Shown piece after piece: positions 46,893-57,618 of a stretch of 59,439 nucleotides of DNA. A model generated the notes under the pieces. The model saw nothing but the letters and a program-made list of their open reading frames with translations. It searched no databases and had not been told where the DNA came from. This DNA is from a virus (taxonomy: Duplodnaviria > Caudoviricetes), in the IMG/VR virus record IMGVR_UViG_3300037459_000125, positions 1 to 59,439 of that record. One strand, written 5' to 3'. The number at the start of each line of letters is the position of its first letter. Positions within the stretch are counted from its first letter, which is position 1. The position numbers were made by a program, and so were the translations under genes.

Positions 46893-48770
46893 TTGCCCGC
46901 TTTCCTAGTCCCGCAGAACTCCGAGATCTACGACCAATGGGTCCGAGATGCGGCACTGGTGGATAGGATTGTCCGAGTCCGGGCCGGGAGTCCTTGGCAG
47001 GGACTCACTCCGGACCTGGACCCCAGTCAAGTTGGACCGTCGGCGATGGGGATCACCTCCTTCGGGTTGGTGGCGCGGCCCGGACCTAACAGTGTGGGTG
47101 AGGTCTTGATGCCCGACGCGGGGTTTACGGAGGTCCCGGGGACGGGGACAGGACTCCCGTTGACCAGTAGCTCCGGTACAGCCTCCACCCGCACAAACAT
47201 TACCATGCTAGGGATGTTCAACCGGACTGATTCTGTAGGGGCTGTGGTTACTGAGTGGGACAAAACTACCCTAGCTACCGTTGGTGGAGATGGAACCACC
47301 GTCGGCTCCCGAGAGTTTTGGAAGAGGCTCCCCTCTACCGGGGCGTGGACACTGGTCCCGTGGGTAGGTAGCGCTGGATCAGGCCCGCCCGATGCCCACG
47401 AACCCGAGGCCACACGGGAGTTCATGTCTGACTGGGCAGAATTCCCGGCGGGGGCCCCGGGCCGGACAGCCTACAACGGAGCCATCATCGAGCCAGTCTT
47501 TGTCTGGTGTAACCTTCACGACAGAGCGATGGTGTGGCCCATCCTAGAGGGGGCAGGTTCCCGAGAGACCTCCGACTTCGAGACCCTTACCGACCGATTC
47601 TCCGCAGACTTCCGAGCCCGCACCGTTGAACACTTCGGGGGCCGGTTGTATTTTGGCAACACTATCGAGGCTGGGACCCAGCACCGACAAAGGATCCGTC
47701 GAACAGCCCTCTTCACCGCGGACCCCTTGGAGACCACAGCCGGAGCTGGAGCCTTTGACATCCGAGACTTCTCCCGTGACTTAGTCCGGTTGGAGAAACT
47801 GGGCGATCTCTTGGTGGCTTACTTTGAGGACGGGACCGCGTTCATTCGACTCTCCGGTATCGCTACCTCCCCCGATGCAGTACAGCTCCTCCGGGAGAAG
47901 AGGGGACTCCTTGCTACCTTCGCTGTAACCTCCGTCGGCAACCAAGAACACTTCGGGATCTTCGACGATGGGTGGTTCTTCCTCGATCCCTCCGGTCGGT
48001 GGACTGAGGTGGGTATGCTCAACATCGATGGTATCCAAGTCGGTAAGTGGAAGGAGACTTTCTACAATCTCCTCGACTACAACCAACGCCATCGGATGGT
48101 AGTTGGCTACGACGGAAAGTTCATCCGGATCGCATTCCCGACGGTGGATGACGTTGACAATGGCTTGGACAATCAGGAGGTCTGGATCTTCGACCCCCGA
48201 GGGAACAGGGTCTACCGAGACCGCTATCCCGTCTCGGTCTGGGCCAACATCGACGACGACGTGCAGGCTGCGACTCTATGGTCAGCATTGGTGGGCTCAT
48301 GGGCCGACCAGACCGGTAGTTGGGACAGCCTCGCCGCCAAGTTCGGGATCAAGAACCTCACCCACGGTACCGTCGAGGGCCACGTCTTTGTCCACAACTA
48401 TGGGATCATCACCAAGTTTGACATCCCTACCCAGACGGACCTCAACCCAAACTGGGCTATCCACGGCATCCTCGGATCCGGTGGGGACCCGACTACCTTC
48501 AAGACCGGGATCAAGTTATGGATGGAGTACATCAACACCGGCACCGGCTCGGTTGTTATGACATTCCACGGTGACAGTACCGATGGTTCTGAGGGTGGGT
48601 CCGTCCAAGTAGGTTCTAACAGCAGCATCGGCGATATCGACACAGCCTTCCGGACCTTCAACTTCACTGCGGTCAACATCCGGTACTCAATCACCGGCAG
48701 CATACCTATCCAGATACGCTCCATCTTGGCCGACCTCCAAACTGGTGTGACCGAAGAGGTCTTCGCCTAA
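46893..48770 (+). CDS. Tail nozzle/tubular B (P22 gp10-like) protein
   Basis: GRLYFGNT..RIR..DP, beta-propeller-like repeats, position after the adaptor. Confidence 0.75.
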   Translation: MPAFLVPQNSEIYDQWVRDAALVDRIVRVRAGSPWQGLTPDLDPSQVGPSAMGITSFGLVARPGPNSVGEVLMPDAGFTEVPGTGTGLPLTSSSGTASTRTNITMLGMFNRTDSVGAVVTEWDKTTLATVGGDGTTVGSREFWKRLPSTGAWTLVPWVGSAGSGPPDAHEPEATREFMSDWAEFPAGAPGRTAYNGAIIEPVFVWCNLHDRAMVWPILEGAGSRETSDFETLTDRFSADFRARTVEHFGGRLYFGNTIEAGTQHRQRIRRTALFTADPLETTAGAGAFDIRDFSRDLVRLEKLGDLLVAYFEDGTAFIRLSGIATSPDAVQLLREKRGLLATFAVTSVGNQEHFGIFDDGWFFLDPSGRWTEVGMLNIDGIQVGKWKETFYNLLDYNQRHRMVVGYDGKFIRIAFPTVDDVDNGLDNQEVWIFDPRGNRVYRDRYPVSVWANIDDDVQAATLWSALVGSWADQTGSWDSLAAKFGIKNLTHGTVEGHVFVHNYGIITKFDIPTQTDLNPNWAIHGILGSGGDPTTFKTGIKLWMEYINTGTGSVVMTFHGDSTDGSEGGSVQVGSNSSIGDIDTAFRTFNFTAVNIRYSITGSIPIQIRSILADLQTGVTEEVFA

Positions 48771-49327
48771 TGGGCCGGGTAGCGCGGACAAGCCAAGCTG
48801 GTGGACTGGAACCCAATCCCGTTGCTATCGGTCAACAGGTAGATGCGTTGCTCCGAGAGGTGGACGGGAACATGGAGTTTGGGGAGCCCTCGAATCCCAA
48901 CGACCCCACCTCCACCACCCTAGCTGGGGCCACTGGAGTGGACGCCTCCCACAACGGAACTCCCGGCAACATCGCAGGGAGCTGGGTAGAGGTGGAGTTG
49001 GAGAGTATGGGGATGAGCATCATCACCTGTACTCACAACCTCTACCTTCACGATCCGGACTATGTGGTCCCCGTCTCTGGTCAGCCCAACTGTCGGTGGT
49101 TGCCCTTCGGGGTGATTCATGCTGGGACTGGGAAGGATACCACTGTAGCCAGCTCCCGAGTGGTGGTAGATGTCTGTTTCCTCGGGGACACTGTGGCCGC
49201 CAATAGTATCCAACTCCGTTTCAACGTCACCATGATGGGGGACGATATCACCATAGCCTCCGGCAGCAACGCCGTCCTAGTCACCCTCTTCTTCACCAAG
49301 GCCACACGAGGAGCCGCGGAAGCATGA
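48770..49327 (+). CDS. Small tail protein
   Basis: GNMEFG..GNIAGSWV..THNL. Confidence 0.65.
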   Translation: MGRVARTSQAGGLEPNPVAIGQQVDALLREVDGNMEFGEPSNPNDPTSTTLAGATGVDASHNGTPGNIAGSWVEVELESMGMSIITCTHNLYLHDPDYVVPVSGQPNCRWLPFGVIHAGTGKDTTVASSRVVVDVCFLGDTVAANSIQLRFNVTMMGDDITIASGSNAVLVTLFFTKATRGAAEA

Positions 49328-49830
49328 TCCGAACAGCCACCATCGAAGACCGACCTCACTTCCTCAGGCTCCAAGCTAGATTGTTGGAAGACCTCCGGAA
49401 AGGGGGGAGCCACATCCTCCCCACCCTCCCGAACCTCTACCGCTGCCTCGATGCCTTCGAGTGCTATGTCCAAGGGGACCGCTACGGGGCCTGCCTCTTC
49501 TGGCACCCTACGGACCTCCGGGATCCGGTAGGAATGATAATGGCTGGGGCCGACAATGTAGATGACCCCTGGGAGACAGATCTAGGAGAGTTGTGTACTC
49601 TATGGGGAGTCTACGTGGACCCTGAGCACCAAGGCAAGGGTATAGGTAATAGCTTAAATGAGGCAATCTTTCAGCTCGCCCTGACCTGGCCCGCGGACAG
49701 TTTCGAGACGTACATCTTGGCCACCAACAGTACCGTTCACCACATGATGGATGGGTTTGACGGCAAGCCCTTCATCAGCCGGTATACTGTATCCCTCCGT
49801 GAAGCCAAGGAATTTAGGGGGACCAAGTAA
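49324..49830 (+). CDS. GNAT-family acetyltransferase
   Basis: MIRTATIED; VYVDPEHQGKGIG; N..V. Confidence 0.85.
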   Translation: MIRTATIEDRPHFLRLQARLLEDLRKGGSHILPTLPNLYRCLDAFECYVQGDRYGACLFWHPTDLRDPVGMIMAGADNVDDPWETDLGELCTLWGVYVDPEHQGKGIGNSLNEAIFQLALTWPADSFETYILATNSTVHHMMDGFDGKPFISRYTVSLREAKEFRGTK

Positions 49831-50759
49831 TGTCAGCACAGGGCAGTAGTAGTCAAAGTTCGGGTAGAGCTAAGACCGAAGGAACCAGTAGTCTATCCTT
49901 TATCCCGGCCCTACTAGGCAGTGCCTTCTTCGGCTCCGGAGTGGGGATCGACAACGGTGGGTTCAGTATTACTGGCCAGGGGGATTTCAGCGGAGGCGGA
50001 AATATCAGGGGCAAGAACAAGTCCTCCCTGATCGACCCCTTCGGATTCGGTGGGGGCCTCACTGACCAACAGCTTCAAGATCCTTTCAGCTCTTTCGGAG
50101 CGGGTGGTGGTCTTCCTGGTGGTCCCAGCCAGGGACCCCTCAACCCCTTCGATCTAGTCTCAAACCTCACTGACCTCGTTAACCCGAACTCCAACCCAGG
50201 AGTAGGGAGCGCTTTGCAATCCCTTCTCCAAGGACAGTTCGGTGGACAGGTGGGACAGGGCCTACTGCTGGGTGGGATCGCGCCCACCTTCGCGGAAGGA
50301 TTGAACACCGGCTTCAAGCCCGACCTCCAGCCGGTCATTGACGAAGCCAGTCGGGCGTTCTTCTCAGACATCGTTCCCCAGCTCGGCCAAAACAACGTGG
50401 CCCTCCAAGAAGGGGTCGGACCCTTTTCCTCCGACCTCTCGGCTGGCCTTTTGAGTGCCGGTGGAGCCCTCGCTAGTCAACTCGGATCCCTAGAGGTCCA
50501 GAACCAGAACCTCGCTGGGGACCGGAGGAATGACCTCCTCGGAATCTCCGGTCTCATCACTGACCAACTGTTTAACTCCGCCACCAATGCGGGCCGGAAC
50601 TCCCTAGATCTAGGCGAACAGTTGGTACAACAGGGAACCCTCGGTGGACGACAAGCAAGCCTGTTGTCGTTCCTGAACCAACTCATGTCCGGCAGCCCGA
50701 TTCAAGCCAGCTCCAGTAGTAACAGCAGTAGCTCGAAGGGCGGCGGCGGGAGTCTTTAG
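49830..50759 (+). CDS. Putative ejection/pilot protein
   Basis: G/S/Q-rich; follows the GNAT gene as in podovirus ejection modules. Confidence 0.6.
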   Translation: MSAQGSSSQSSGRAKTEGTSSLSFIPALLGSAFFGSGVGIDNGGFSITGQGDFSGGGNIRGKNKSSLIDPFGFGGGLTDQQLQDPFSSFGAGGGLPGGPSQGPLNPFDLVSNLTDLVNPNSNPGVGSALQSLLQGQFGGQVGQGLLLGGIAPTFAEGLNTGFKPDLQPVIDEASRAFFSDIVPQLGQNNVALQEGVGPFSSDLSAGLLSAGGALASQLGSLEVQNQNLAGDRRNDLLGISGLITDQLFNSATNAGRNSLDLGEQLVQQGTLGGRQASLLSFLNQLMSGSPIQASSSSNSSSSKGGGGSL

Positions 50760-50768
50760 GAGATAGGT

Positions 50769-52694
50769 ATGGCGATTGGCGCAACCGTAGCGGGGCTCAT
50801 CAAGAAGCAACAGCAGGAGAGGGCTGCCGCGGACGATGCTCTGCGGACAGCCTTTCGGGATCGGCAGGCACTTCAGTCCGGGCATCAGTTGGACCAGAAG
50901 GGCCTCGCCTTCGATGAGAAGATGAAGGCCGAACAGGCAGCGTCCGCGGCTCGGGCTTCTGAACAGGGCCAGAGCGCCGGGACTCCAACCAACAGCGGTC
51001 TCGGCAAGCTAGGTCCCGAAGCGGTTCCGGGGAGGCTCAGTGAACTCTTCAGTGAGTTTGAGGACGCAGGAGTCGCATCGGAGAACACAGTCCAAGACGC
51101 CGACCCGAGAACTGAAACGACTACCACCACCACAGATACCGAACGCTTAGGTTTTGGACGGGGGGGCGAGTTCCTCCGTGGGTTTGAAAAGTTCAAGGAC
51201 TTCGGGGTCACCAAGGGAACCCGGACTTCAACCCGTACTGGTCCTAGCCAAGCCTTCGCCGCGAAGAAAGCCGACGCCCGGACTGCCACCGGAGAGGCAA
51301 TCTTCCGTGTCAACCAACGGGACATGAAGCCCAATGACTTTATGTCATTCCTCCAGCCCACCCTCAACCAATTCAACCAAGCTGAGCAGAAAGAGATTAT
51401 GCTTGGGGCACAGCAGGATGCCCAGATCCTTGGTGCTCGGCAGACCTCACTGGACCGGAAACTTGGTAATGAACTAGGACTGAGTACCCTACAAGCCAAC
51501 CCTAGTCTGGGCGCGGCGGGGATGGAAGCCTCCCATGCGGTTGCGACGGCACGGACCTCCGATGAGAAGCGGGAAGCATCGGACAGGTATGCCGGTTTGA
51601 TCCTCGGTAGTGGTGAAGCTGTCGCAGCTCGGGACCGAGTAGCCTCCGCAGAGGCCCGTGCACAGGCAGGAGAGGGGCGAGCTGTCCGGGCTGAGACCCG
51701 AGCTATAACCCGAGAGCAGAAAGACGACCATCTCCGAGGTATCAACTCGAAGCTCGCGGACATCCGGCTGGAGCAGGCGGAGTTTGACGCCACCCAACAG
51801 GGCCCGATCCGGGCTCGCGCAGCCGCAGCAGTGAAGACCGTGGGGTTCTTCGCAGAGAACGGACTAACGTCCAGTCGTACTGAAGAGCAGGTACTCGGTG
51901 ACATCAAGGCTCTTCGGAACGATGCGGGCGGGATCAACTTCACCGAAGAGGCTCGGGGGGTAATTGAACAGACCCAACTCAACGCCCTCCAGTTGGGTGT
52001 GTTGATCCCCCTCGCCTCCGAGGGTGGGTTCATCGAGGACCCGGCCTTGAGGAACATGGACTTCAGGCTGGCTCAAAAGTTCTCCGCGGCGTTCGACGGT
52101 CAGATGTTTGACAGCAACGGGCGGATCACCACGGACAAGAAGAAGTTTAGCCTTGAGACAACTCGTCGGGTCCGTAAGGAAGGACGAGCCTACATGAATG
52201 GGATTGGTTACAACCTAAGCGGCCAAGCCCATTCCAATACAGCCGGAGACTTCGATCTCCTTGAACAGATCCGAATGGAACCCGACCCCAACAATCCCAA
52301 CAAGCCTATCTTGGCTCGGGCGATGGAGTTGTTGATCTCCAAGGATATCTATCGGGCTGAGACCGGTAATGTCGTCGATGATATCTACGACTTCCAATCC
52401 GAGAGATCTGCGGGAGACCTCACCACTCCATTCGCCGGTCAGATCTTCGTACCGGGTGGACTTCCCAGACCCGCCACTCCAGGTGCCCCGTCAGACCCGG
52501 CATCACAAGCTGGTCTCCGAGCTGGTAAGAGCTTTGTTGAGTTTTCTAGGAGCGCACTTACAGCCGAGTTCCGTAAAAACCAAGAGTTAGGCAAGGCAGC
52601 GGCTAGAGGTCTGATCCCGGCCGGTAAAGCAGCCCTCGGATTTGGCATCGGTGCGGGCAACGAACTCTTCGGTGGCCCAGAAGAGGAACGCTAA
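50769..52694 (+). CDS. Putative ejection protein
   Basis: A/Q/R-rich helical, no Cys seen. Confidence 0.6.
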   Translation: MAIGATVAGLIKKQQQERAAADDALRTAFRDRQALQSGHQLDQKGLAFDEKMKAEQAASAARASEQGQSAGTPTNSGLGKLGPEAVPGRLSELFSEFEDAGVASENTVQDADPRTETTTTTTDTERLGFGRGGEFLRGFEKFKDFGVTKGTRTSTRTGPSQAFAAKKADARTATGEAIFRVNQRDMKPNDFMSFLQPTLNQFNQAEQKEIMLGAQQDAQILGARQTSLDRKLGNELGLSTLQANPSLGAAGMEASHAVATARTSDEKREASDRYAGLILGSGEAVAARDRVASAEARAQAGEGRAVRAETRAITREQKDDHLRGINSKLADIRLEQAEFDATQQGPIRARAAAAVKTVGFFAENGLTSSRTEEQVLGDIKALRNDAGGINFTEEARGVIEQTQLNALQLGVLIPLASEGGFIEDPALRNMDFRLAQKFSAAFDGQMFDSNGRITTDKKKFSLETTRRVRKEGRAYMNGIGYNLSGQAHSNTAGDFDLLEQIRMEPDPNNPNKPILARAMELLISKDIYRAETGNVVDDIYDFQSERSAGDLTTPFAGQIFVPGGLPRPATPGAPSDPASQAGLRAGKSFVEFSRSALTAEFRKNQELGKAAARGLIPAGKAALGFGIGAGNELFGGPEEER

Positions 52695-55600
52695 GTGGTC
52701 ACACGCCTAACAGAGAAGGACCGCAACGATGCGGGCTCCGGAGATAGTCTCTTCGACTCCACTGTCTCGTCCCTTGCGAGTTTCGGGAAGGGTCTAGGGC
52801 AGGGAGTCAAGCAAGATCCCTTCGTGGCCCTGGCTTTGAAGGAACTCTCGGAGATCCCGGGAGTGGACCCCGATGGCTTTCGGCAGGTAGTAGAATATGC
52901 TGACAATTCTACCTCCGCACAGGTCGGACGGTTCATCGGCGAGTTCGGGCCCACTCTCCTCTTCGGCATCCCCCTAGCTGGAGTCGGTGCCGTCGGTGGT
53001 AGGCTCGCTATCCGAGGGATCGCCAAGCAACTCGCCACCAAAGCGGCCCTCCAAGATATCAAGACCGCGGCAGGGAGGGGAGCCCTCACCCGTAGCGCGG
53101 CCTCCGGAGCGGCAGGCAAGACAGCCACCGCCGAGAGCACCTTCCTCAAGGGCAAGCTCGGGCAGGTACAGAGAAAGGCTGGGGACACTAACGAAGCCTT
53201 ACTCGCAGGCCGGAAGCCCAGTATTCAGGGGAACCCAGTCCTACAGAGGTCCTCTGAGTCCGCCGGAGCCAACCTCGCCTTCAGTAGCTTAACAGTGGCC
53301 CAAGAGAAGGCCCGAGGGAAGTCAGACGTAGAGGCTCTGAAGACCGGAGGCTTGGTCCTCGCCTTCGGGGCCGGGATCGATGTAGCCCTCGTCGGAGGTG
53401 CCCGACTCCTCTTCCCTGGTGCCCGAACGGTGGATCTTGACTCAATACGGAGTCGATATATCAGGTCCAACGCCCCGGAGAAGTTGAACGCCATCAGCCG
53501 GGTCCGGAAGGGACGGATTCAGGAGATCAACGAGGCGGTGACGGCGGAGTTGAATACCGAGGCGCAGGTCCTTGACCTGACTGTGTCCCGAGCCTCCGCA
53601 GGGAAGGCAATAGACATCCCCGTCGTCGGCCAGACCCTCGGGGAGAACGCCACCAACGCCCAGCGCCTCCGTCAGATCCTCAAGGGAGAGGGACCGGGCG
53701 GTGCCCTCGCAGCCAAGAGAGTGAAGGAACTCCTAGCCGAGAAGCGCGGGCTGAAGACAATCATCAAGAGCACCGACGAAGCCATCGCTGCGGAAGGAAC
53801 CCAACCCTACATCGGACGGGGCGTTGGCTACTTCACTCCGGTTCAGGACTTCTGGGACAAGGTAGATCCCTCGGGGAGCTTCCGGGTGAAGTGGACCTCC
53901 GCCGCGGAGTCCTTGTTCGGCAAGGCTGGCTCCGTCGGGAACCGAATAGGTACCCAACTGGTCCGGGCCGTCACTCACATGGAACAGCTAGGAAAAACAG
54001 CCGAGGTCAACTACTCCCTCTGGAGTGATGCGACTCGGAAGGCGATGGGCGCCAGCCAACGGGAGTGGAAGAACGGTATCGGCAAGAACCTCAACTCCGC
54101 TCACGCTTGGGAGACCGGTGGCGAAGCGGGGCTCCGTCGGTACATGAAGGAGGAGATCGGTCGCAGCTCCGACGATATTGAGACAGCCGTTGCCGCGTTC
54201 AAGGCCCGGAAAGAGTTCGAGTGGGATCTTTATCAGGTACAGGGCCGGAAGATTGGTGGCAAGGATGCCATCGACATGGAGTCCGTGGGCCTAAAAGAGT
54301 ACCTGACTCACAGTTCTTTGGACCTTCCTGAAGATGACCTCGTGAAACTGTTGGTAAAGAACAAGGGGATGACCAAGGCCGAGGCGATGGAAGTGATCCG
54401 GGCTAACAAGAGTCATCTGGATCCGGTCCCTGCCGAGGGTGTGGCCAGTGGCAGCCCCGCCCGCACCGGACCGCTGGACTTCGACAGGTTCGGCAAGGGC
54501 TCCACCCGGGACAAGATCCTCAACGACACAATCCCGATGAACCCCAACGTCTGGGACTCTGGGCTCCGGACAGCACAGGCAGCCCAGCGGAGGATAGCCC
54601 TTCACCCGATCCTCGGAGACTTCACAGCGGGGGAGAGAGGTAGGGTCTTCGGTGGGACCATCGATGAGCTGGTCAAGGCTGTCGAGGCAGAGAGCGGCAT
54701 GGTCACCGCCAACAAGTTCCGGACCCTACTGGAGAGCATCGCGGGCCGGACTTACTACAACGAATCCATGCGGAAGATCGCCGTGGCTACCACCAGTATT
54801 CAAGTGGCAACGAAACTCCCGATGGCTGTCCTCGCCAACGCCAGTCAGGCTATCCTCACCACTACCTGGACCGGCATCCGAGCCTCCCTCAAGGGGGCCA
54901 TCGCCATCACCAACAAGGCCAACCGGGAGCACTACGCTCAGGCTTTGGCAGTCCATGAACACATCATCCGAGGGATCGGTAGGAGTGTGGACTCCGAGGG
55001 CTTGGCCCTGACCTCCTTCGAGAAGGCAGCAGACTGGGTGCTCCGGTTCTCTGGGTTCTCTAGGGTGGAGAGGTTCAACCGTATCCACGCAGCGGCGGCC
55101 TCCCAGGTAGCTATCCGGGACAAGTTGGTCCGGGCGGCGGCAGGTAGGCTCCGTGGTAACACCCTTGACTCTTCCCGGAAGATGCTAGGTGAGCTGGGGC
55201 TGGACCTCGGCTCGCTGGCCCGGGACCTGAACCGGATGGGAGACGAGGCGTTCTTCTCTAGTGCCCGGTACCTTCGATTGGAGACCGACGCTGTCATCCG
55301 TGGGGCCCAGAAGACACAGTTCTTCCCGGGCCGTCTCCGGACACCCTCGGCATGGTCCTCTCCGGTGGGCAGGGTACTGTTCCAATTCAAGACCTTCTCC
55401 ACCGGGCAGAGTCGATTCTTCCGGGACGCAGTACTGAATGAGTGGTCGGCCGGGAACGTAGTCCCGATGGCGACCTTACTATCCTTCTCCCCCATCGCGG
55501 GCGAGTTGGTGGCCGACGGACGTGCCATCATCAAAGACAAGAACCGTGGTGAGAACGGCATCGCCCGGTACATCGACAACGCCACGGCTATCGGAGGGCT

Positions 55601-55907
55601 CGGGTTGTGGACTGATGCGATGGGTCAGATCCGCTACGGTAACCTTGCGGGATTCATCCTGGGACCTACCTTCTCTGACTTAAACCAAGTGGGGGAGGCG
55701 CTTCTGTCCCCGCAGGGAGGCTCCATTTGGGACATCATCAAGCGCCAACCCCTCTACCAGACCACGAACTTCCTAATGGGAGCCGCAGCGGAGACTGGGA
55801 GCACAGCCGATGAGTATCTGGACGCGCTTGGTGCAGGCGATGACGGCGCTGTCACTCGGGTTGACGTGGGCGAGCGCCTCACCGAACGAATCCGCAGCAA
55901 GCGATAG
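52695..55907 (+). CDS. Large internal virion/ejection protein
   Basis: 1070 aa helical; KTQF..P..GRVLFQFKTF..GP..S motif. Confidence 0.7.
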   Translation: MVTRLTEKDRNDAGSGDSLFDSTVSSLASFGKGLGQGVKQDPFVALALKELSEIPGVDPDGFRQVVEYADNSTSAQVGRFIGEFGPTLLFGIPLAGVGAVGGRLAIRGIAKQLATKAALQDIKTAAGRGALTRSAASGAAGKTATAESTFLKGKLGQVQRKAGDTNEALLAGRKPSIQGNPVLQRSSESAGANLAFSSLTVAQEKARGKSDVEALKTGGLVLAFGAGIDVALVGGARLLFPGARTVDLDSIRSRYIRSNAPEKLNAISRVRKGRIQEINEAVTAELNTEAQVLDLTVSRASAGKAIDIPVVGQTLGENATNAQRLRQILKGEGPGGALAAKRVKELLAEKRGLKTIIKSTDEAIAAEGTQPYIGRGVGYFTPVQDFWDKVDPSGSFRVKWTSAAESLFGKAGSVGNRIGTQLVRAVTHMEQLGKTAEVNYSLWSDATRKAMGASQREWKNGIGKNLNSAHAWETGGEAGLRRYMKEEIGRSSDDIETAVAAFKARKEFEWDLYQVQGRKIGGKDAIDMESVGLKEYLTHSSLDLPEDDLVKLLVKNKGMTKAEAMEVIRANKSHLDPVPAEGVASGSPARTGPLDFDRFGKGSTRDKILNDTIPMNPNVWDSGLRTAQAAQRRIALHPILGDFTAGERGRVFGGTIDELVKAVEAESGMVTANKFRTLLESIAGRTYYNESMRKIAVATTSIQVATKLPMAVLANASQAILTTTWTGIRASLKGAIAITNKANREHYAQALAVHEHIIRGIGRSVDSEGLALTSFEKAADWVLRFSGFSRVERFNRIHAAAASQVAIRDKLVRAAAGRLRGNTLDSSRKMLGELGLDLGSLARDLNRMGDEAFFSSARYLRLETDAVIRGAQKTQFFPGRLRTPSAWSSPVGRVLFQFKTFSTGQSRFFRDAVLNEWSAGNVVPMATLLSFSPIAGELVADGRAIIKDKNRGENGIARYIDNATAIGGLGLWTDAMGQIRYGNLAGFILGPTFSDLNQVGEALLSPQGGSIWDIIKRQPLYQTTNFLMGAAAETGSTADEYLDALGAGDDGAVTRVDVGERLTERIRSKR

Positions 55908-56250
55908 CCTCCCGATCCTCGGGCAGAAGCAAGAACTCTTCTCCCGACTTCTCCCCCGGCTCATAGACAAGGCTCACTCCCTGGGCTTCGAGGTTCGGCT
56001 GAAGGAACTCCAACGCCCCGAGGAGATGGCGGAGATCTATAGCGAACGGGGAATGGGTGTCTCCAACTCCCTACACCTCTCTGGCCTTGCGATTGATTTA
56101 GTGCTATTCAAGAGGGGTCAGCCGTTAGTTGACACCGCTGATTACCTAGAGCTTGGTGAGTTCTGGGAAAGTCTGGACATCCTATGTGCCTGGGGTGGCA
56201 GATTCGGAGACGGTGGTCACTTCTCTGTCAAACATAGAGGGTACAAATAG
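55810..56250 (+). CDS. Endolysin, M15 (L-Ala-D-Glu-type) peptidase with predicted signal peptide
   Basis: R..SLH..GLAID..WGGRF.DGGHFS; N-terminus MSIWTRLVQAMTALSLGLTWASA|S. Confidence 0.88.
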   Translation: MSIWTRLVQAMTALSLGLTWASASPNESAASDSLPILGQKQELFSRLLPRLIDKAHSLGFEVRLKELQRPEEMAEIYSERGMGVSNSLHLSGLAIDLVLFKRGQPLVDTADYLELGEFWESLDILCAWGGRFGDGGHFSVKHRGYK

Positions 56251-56263
56251 GAGAATTTCACCG

Positions 56264-57316
56264 ATGAAATTCCTAGTCATCTCGCACACCCACTCCCTCC
56301 TTCCCTTCGCATACAGACTCCAACTCGCTGGACATGATGTCCAGACCGTCGTCGTCGTTCAGGCTTTCGAGGCCGCTTGGAAGGGGAAGATGGAACCCTC
56401 GCCCCGGGACTCGAAGGGGAAGTTAAGTCCAGATTTCTTGAAGGAGCTTACCCGAATAGCCAACACCGAAGAGAGTATAATTCTCACTGATGACTGGAAA
56501 CTTCAACAGATGCTTGGGGAGGGTGTCTTCGGCGTCCACACCCAACAGCACATAGTCACCGGAGGACTGGTTACTCCTGTCCGTCTTGGGGGTTGGTTTG
56601 ACGGGGAAAGAATGGTAGCTCCCCATCTTCTAGTGGTAGACAGGGGTGCTTGGACTGGTGGAATGGGTCCAGCGGTTGACTCGGGACTGACAATGGTTCG
56701 GATCGACGTTCCAGAGACTCAGATGATGGTTGAGGGATTGGTGCAGACTCAAGTGGATGAGTTGAAGTCAAGTGGTTTCCGAGGTCTTGTGCAGCTTTCG
56801 CTAAACTTTCAGACAGAGGATGGGCAGCCGGAGGTGGACGGGATGTCTGCGGGCTGGCCGTTTCTTCACACTCACGCCTTCGTGTCGGAGTTGGAGGACT
56901 TTGCGGGGCTCCTAGCGGAGGGTACATCCGAGGATGAACAGTCTCCCAGCCATCATCTTCTACCGTCGAAGTTCGTCTCAGTTCTCCCCGTTTCTCGTCC
57001 CCCGTGGCCCACTCGAAAGGCTCGCTTTCGGTTCGATCTTGCTCAGGTGAAGGGGCTGACTCCCCCCCAACTTGGTAGGATTTTCTGGCACGACGTACAA
57101 GTCGATTCAGAAGCGGGAACAATATCGACGGCTGGTCTGGATGGTCTGCTCGGAGTTGTGCGAGGTGCCGCTGACACTTCTGAGCTAGCTCTGGCCCGTG
57201 CCCTTGAAGTAGCCGTACGACTTCGGCTTCCCGAGAAGCAATTTCGGCCAGATGTTGGAAGACAAGTGCAGACAGTCCTAGCGGAGTTGGAGGGGAGGTA
57301 TGGTGTCCTGCTTTAG
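56264..57316 (+). CDS. Divergent PurD-like ATP-grasp protein
   Basis: MKFLVIS..AYRLQLAGHDV, GWFDG, GGMGP, GFRGLVQLSL, SRPPWP, QFRPDVG. Confidence 0.65.
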   Translation: MKFLVISHTHSLLPFAYRLQLAGHDVQTVVVVQAFEAAWKGKMEPSPRDSKGKLSPDFLKELTRIANTEESIILTDDWKLQQMLGEGVFGVHTQQHIVTGGLVTPVRLGGWFDGERMVAPHLLVVDRGAWTGGMGPAVDSGLTMVRIDVPETQMMVEGLVQTQVDELKSSGFRGLVQLSLNFQTEDGQPEVDGMSAGWPFLHTHAFVSELEDFAGLLAEGTSEDEQSPSHHLLPSKFVSVLPVSRPPWPTRKARFRFDLAQVKGLTPPQLGRIFWHDVQVDSEAGTISTAGLDGLLGVVRGAADTSELALARALEVAVRLRLPEKQFRPDVGRQVQTVLAELEGRYGVLL

Positions 57317-57618
57317 CCGCATAGTATTCCGCATCGTGCGGCCAGCCCATATCTGGTTCTCGATGTCTGCACACATTTGACCATTCCTTACATAGAGTAC
57401 ACCAGGGGGAGGTATGGGGTTCTTCTTTAGCAATTTGTTCTAGGTGTCTCTCAGTATTTTTAATCATTGTTCTGGCGAGTCTATCCCACCCCTCTTCCCC
57501 CCGTTTAACCATGTCCCAAAATCTACCACTAGACTCTTCCGGTGACTCTGGGGAGGTATGGGGTTCTGCTCTGAATACCGCCTCCACATCTTTAATAGCC
57601 TTTACCCAGTATTCTTTA

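Noticed and set aside
50885-55585. Long antisense ORFs opposite the ejection genes (also 7712..8545 and 20918..21727)
   Set aside because: Ser/Arg/Pro-rich shadows of GC-rich coding strands.
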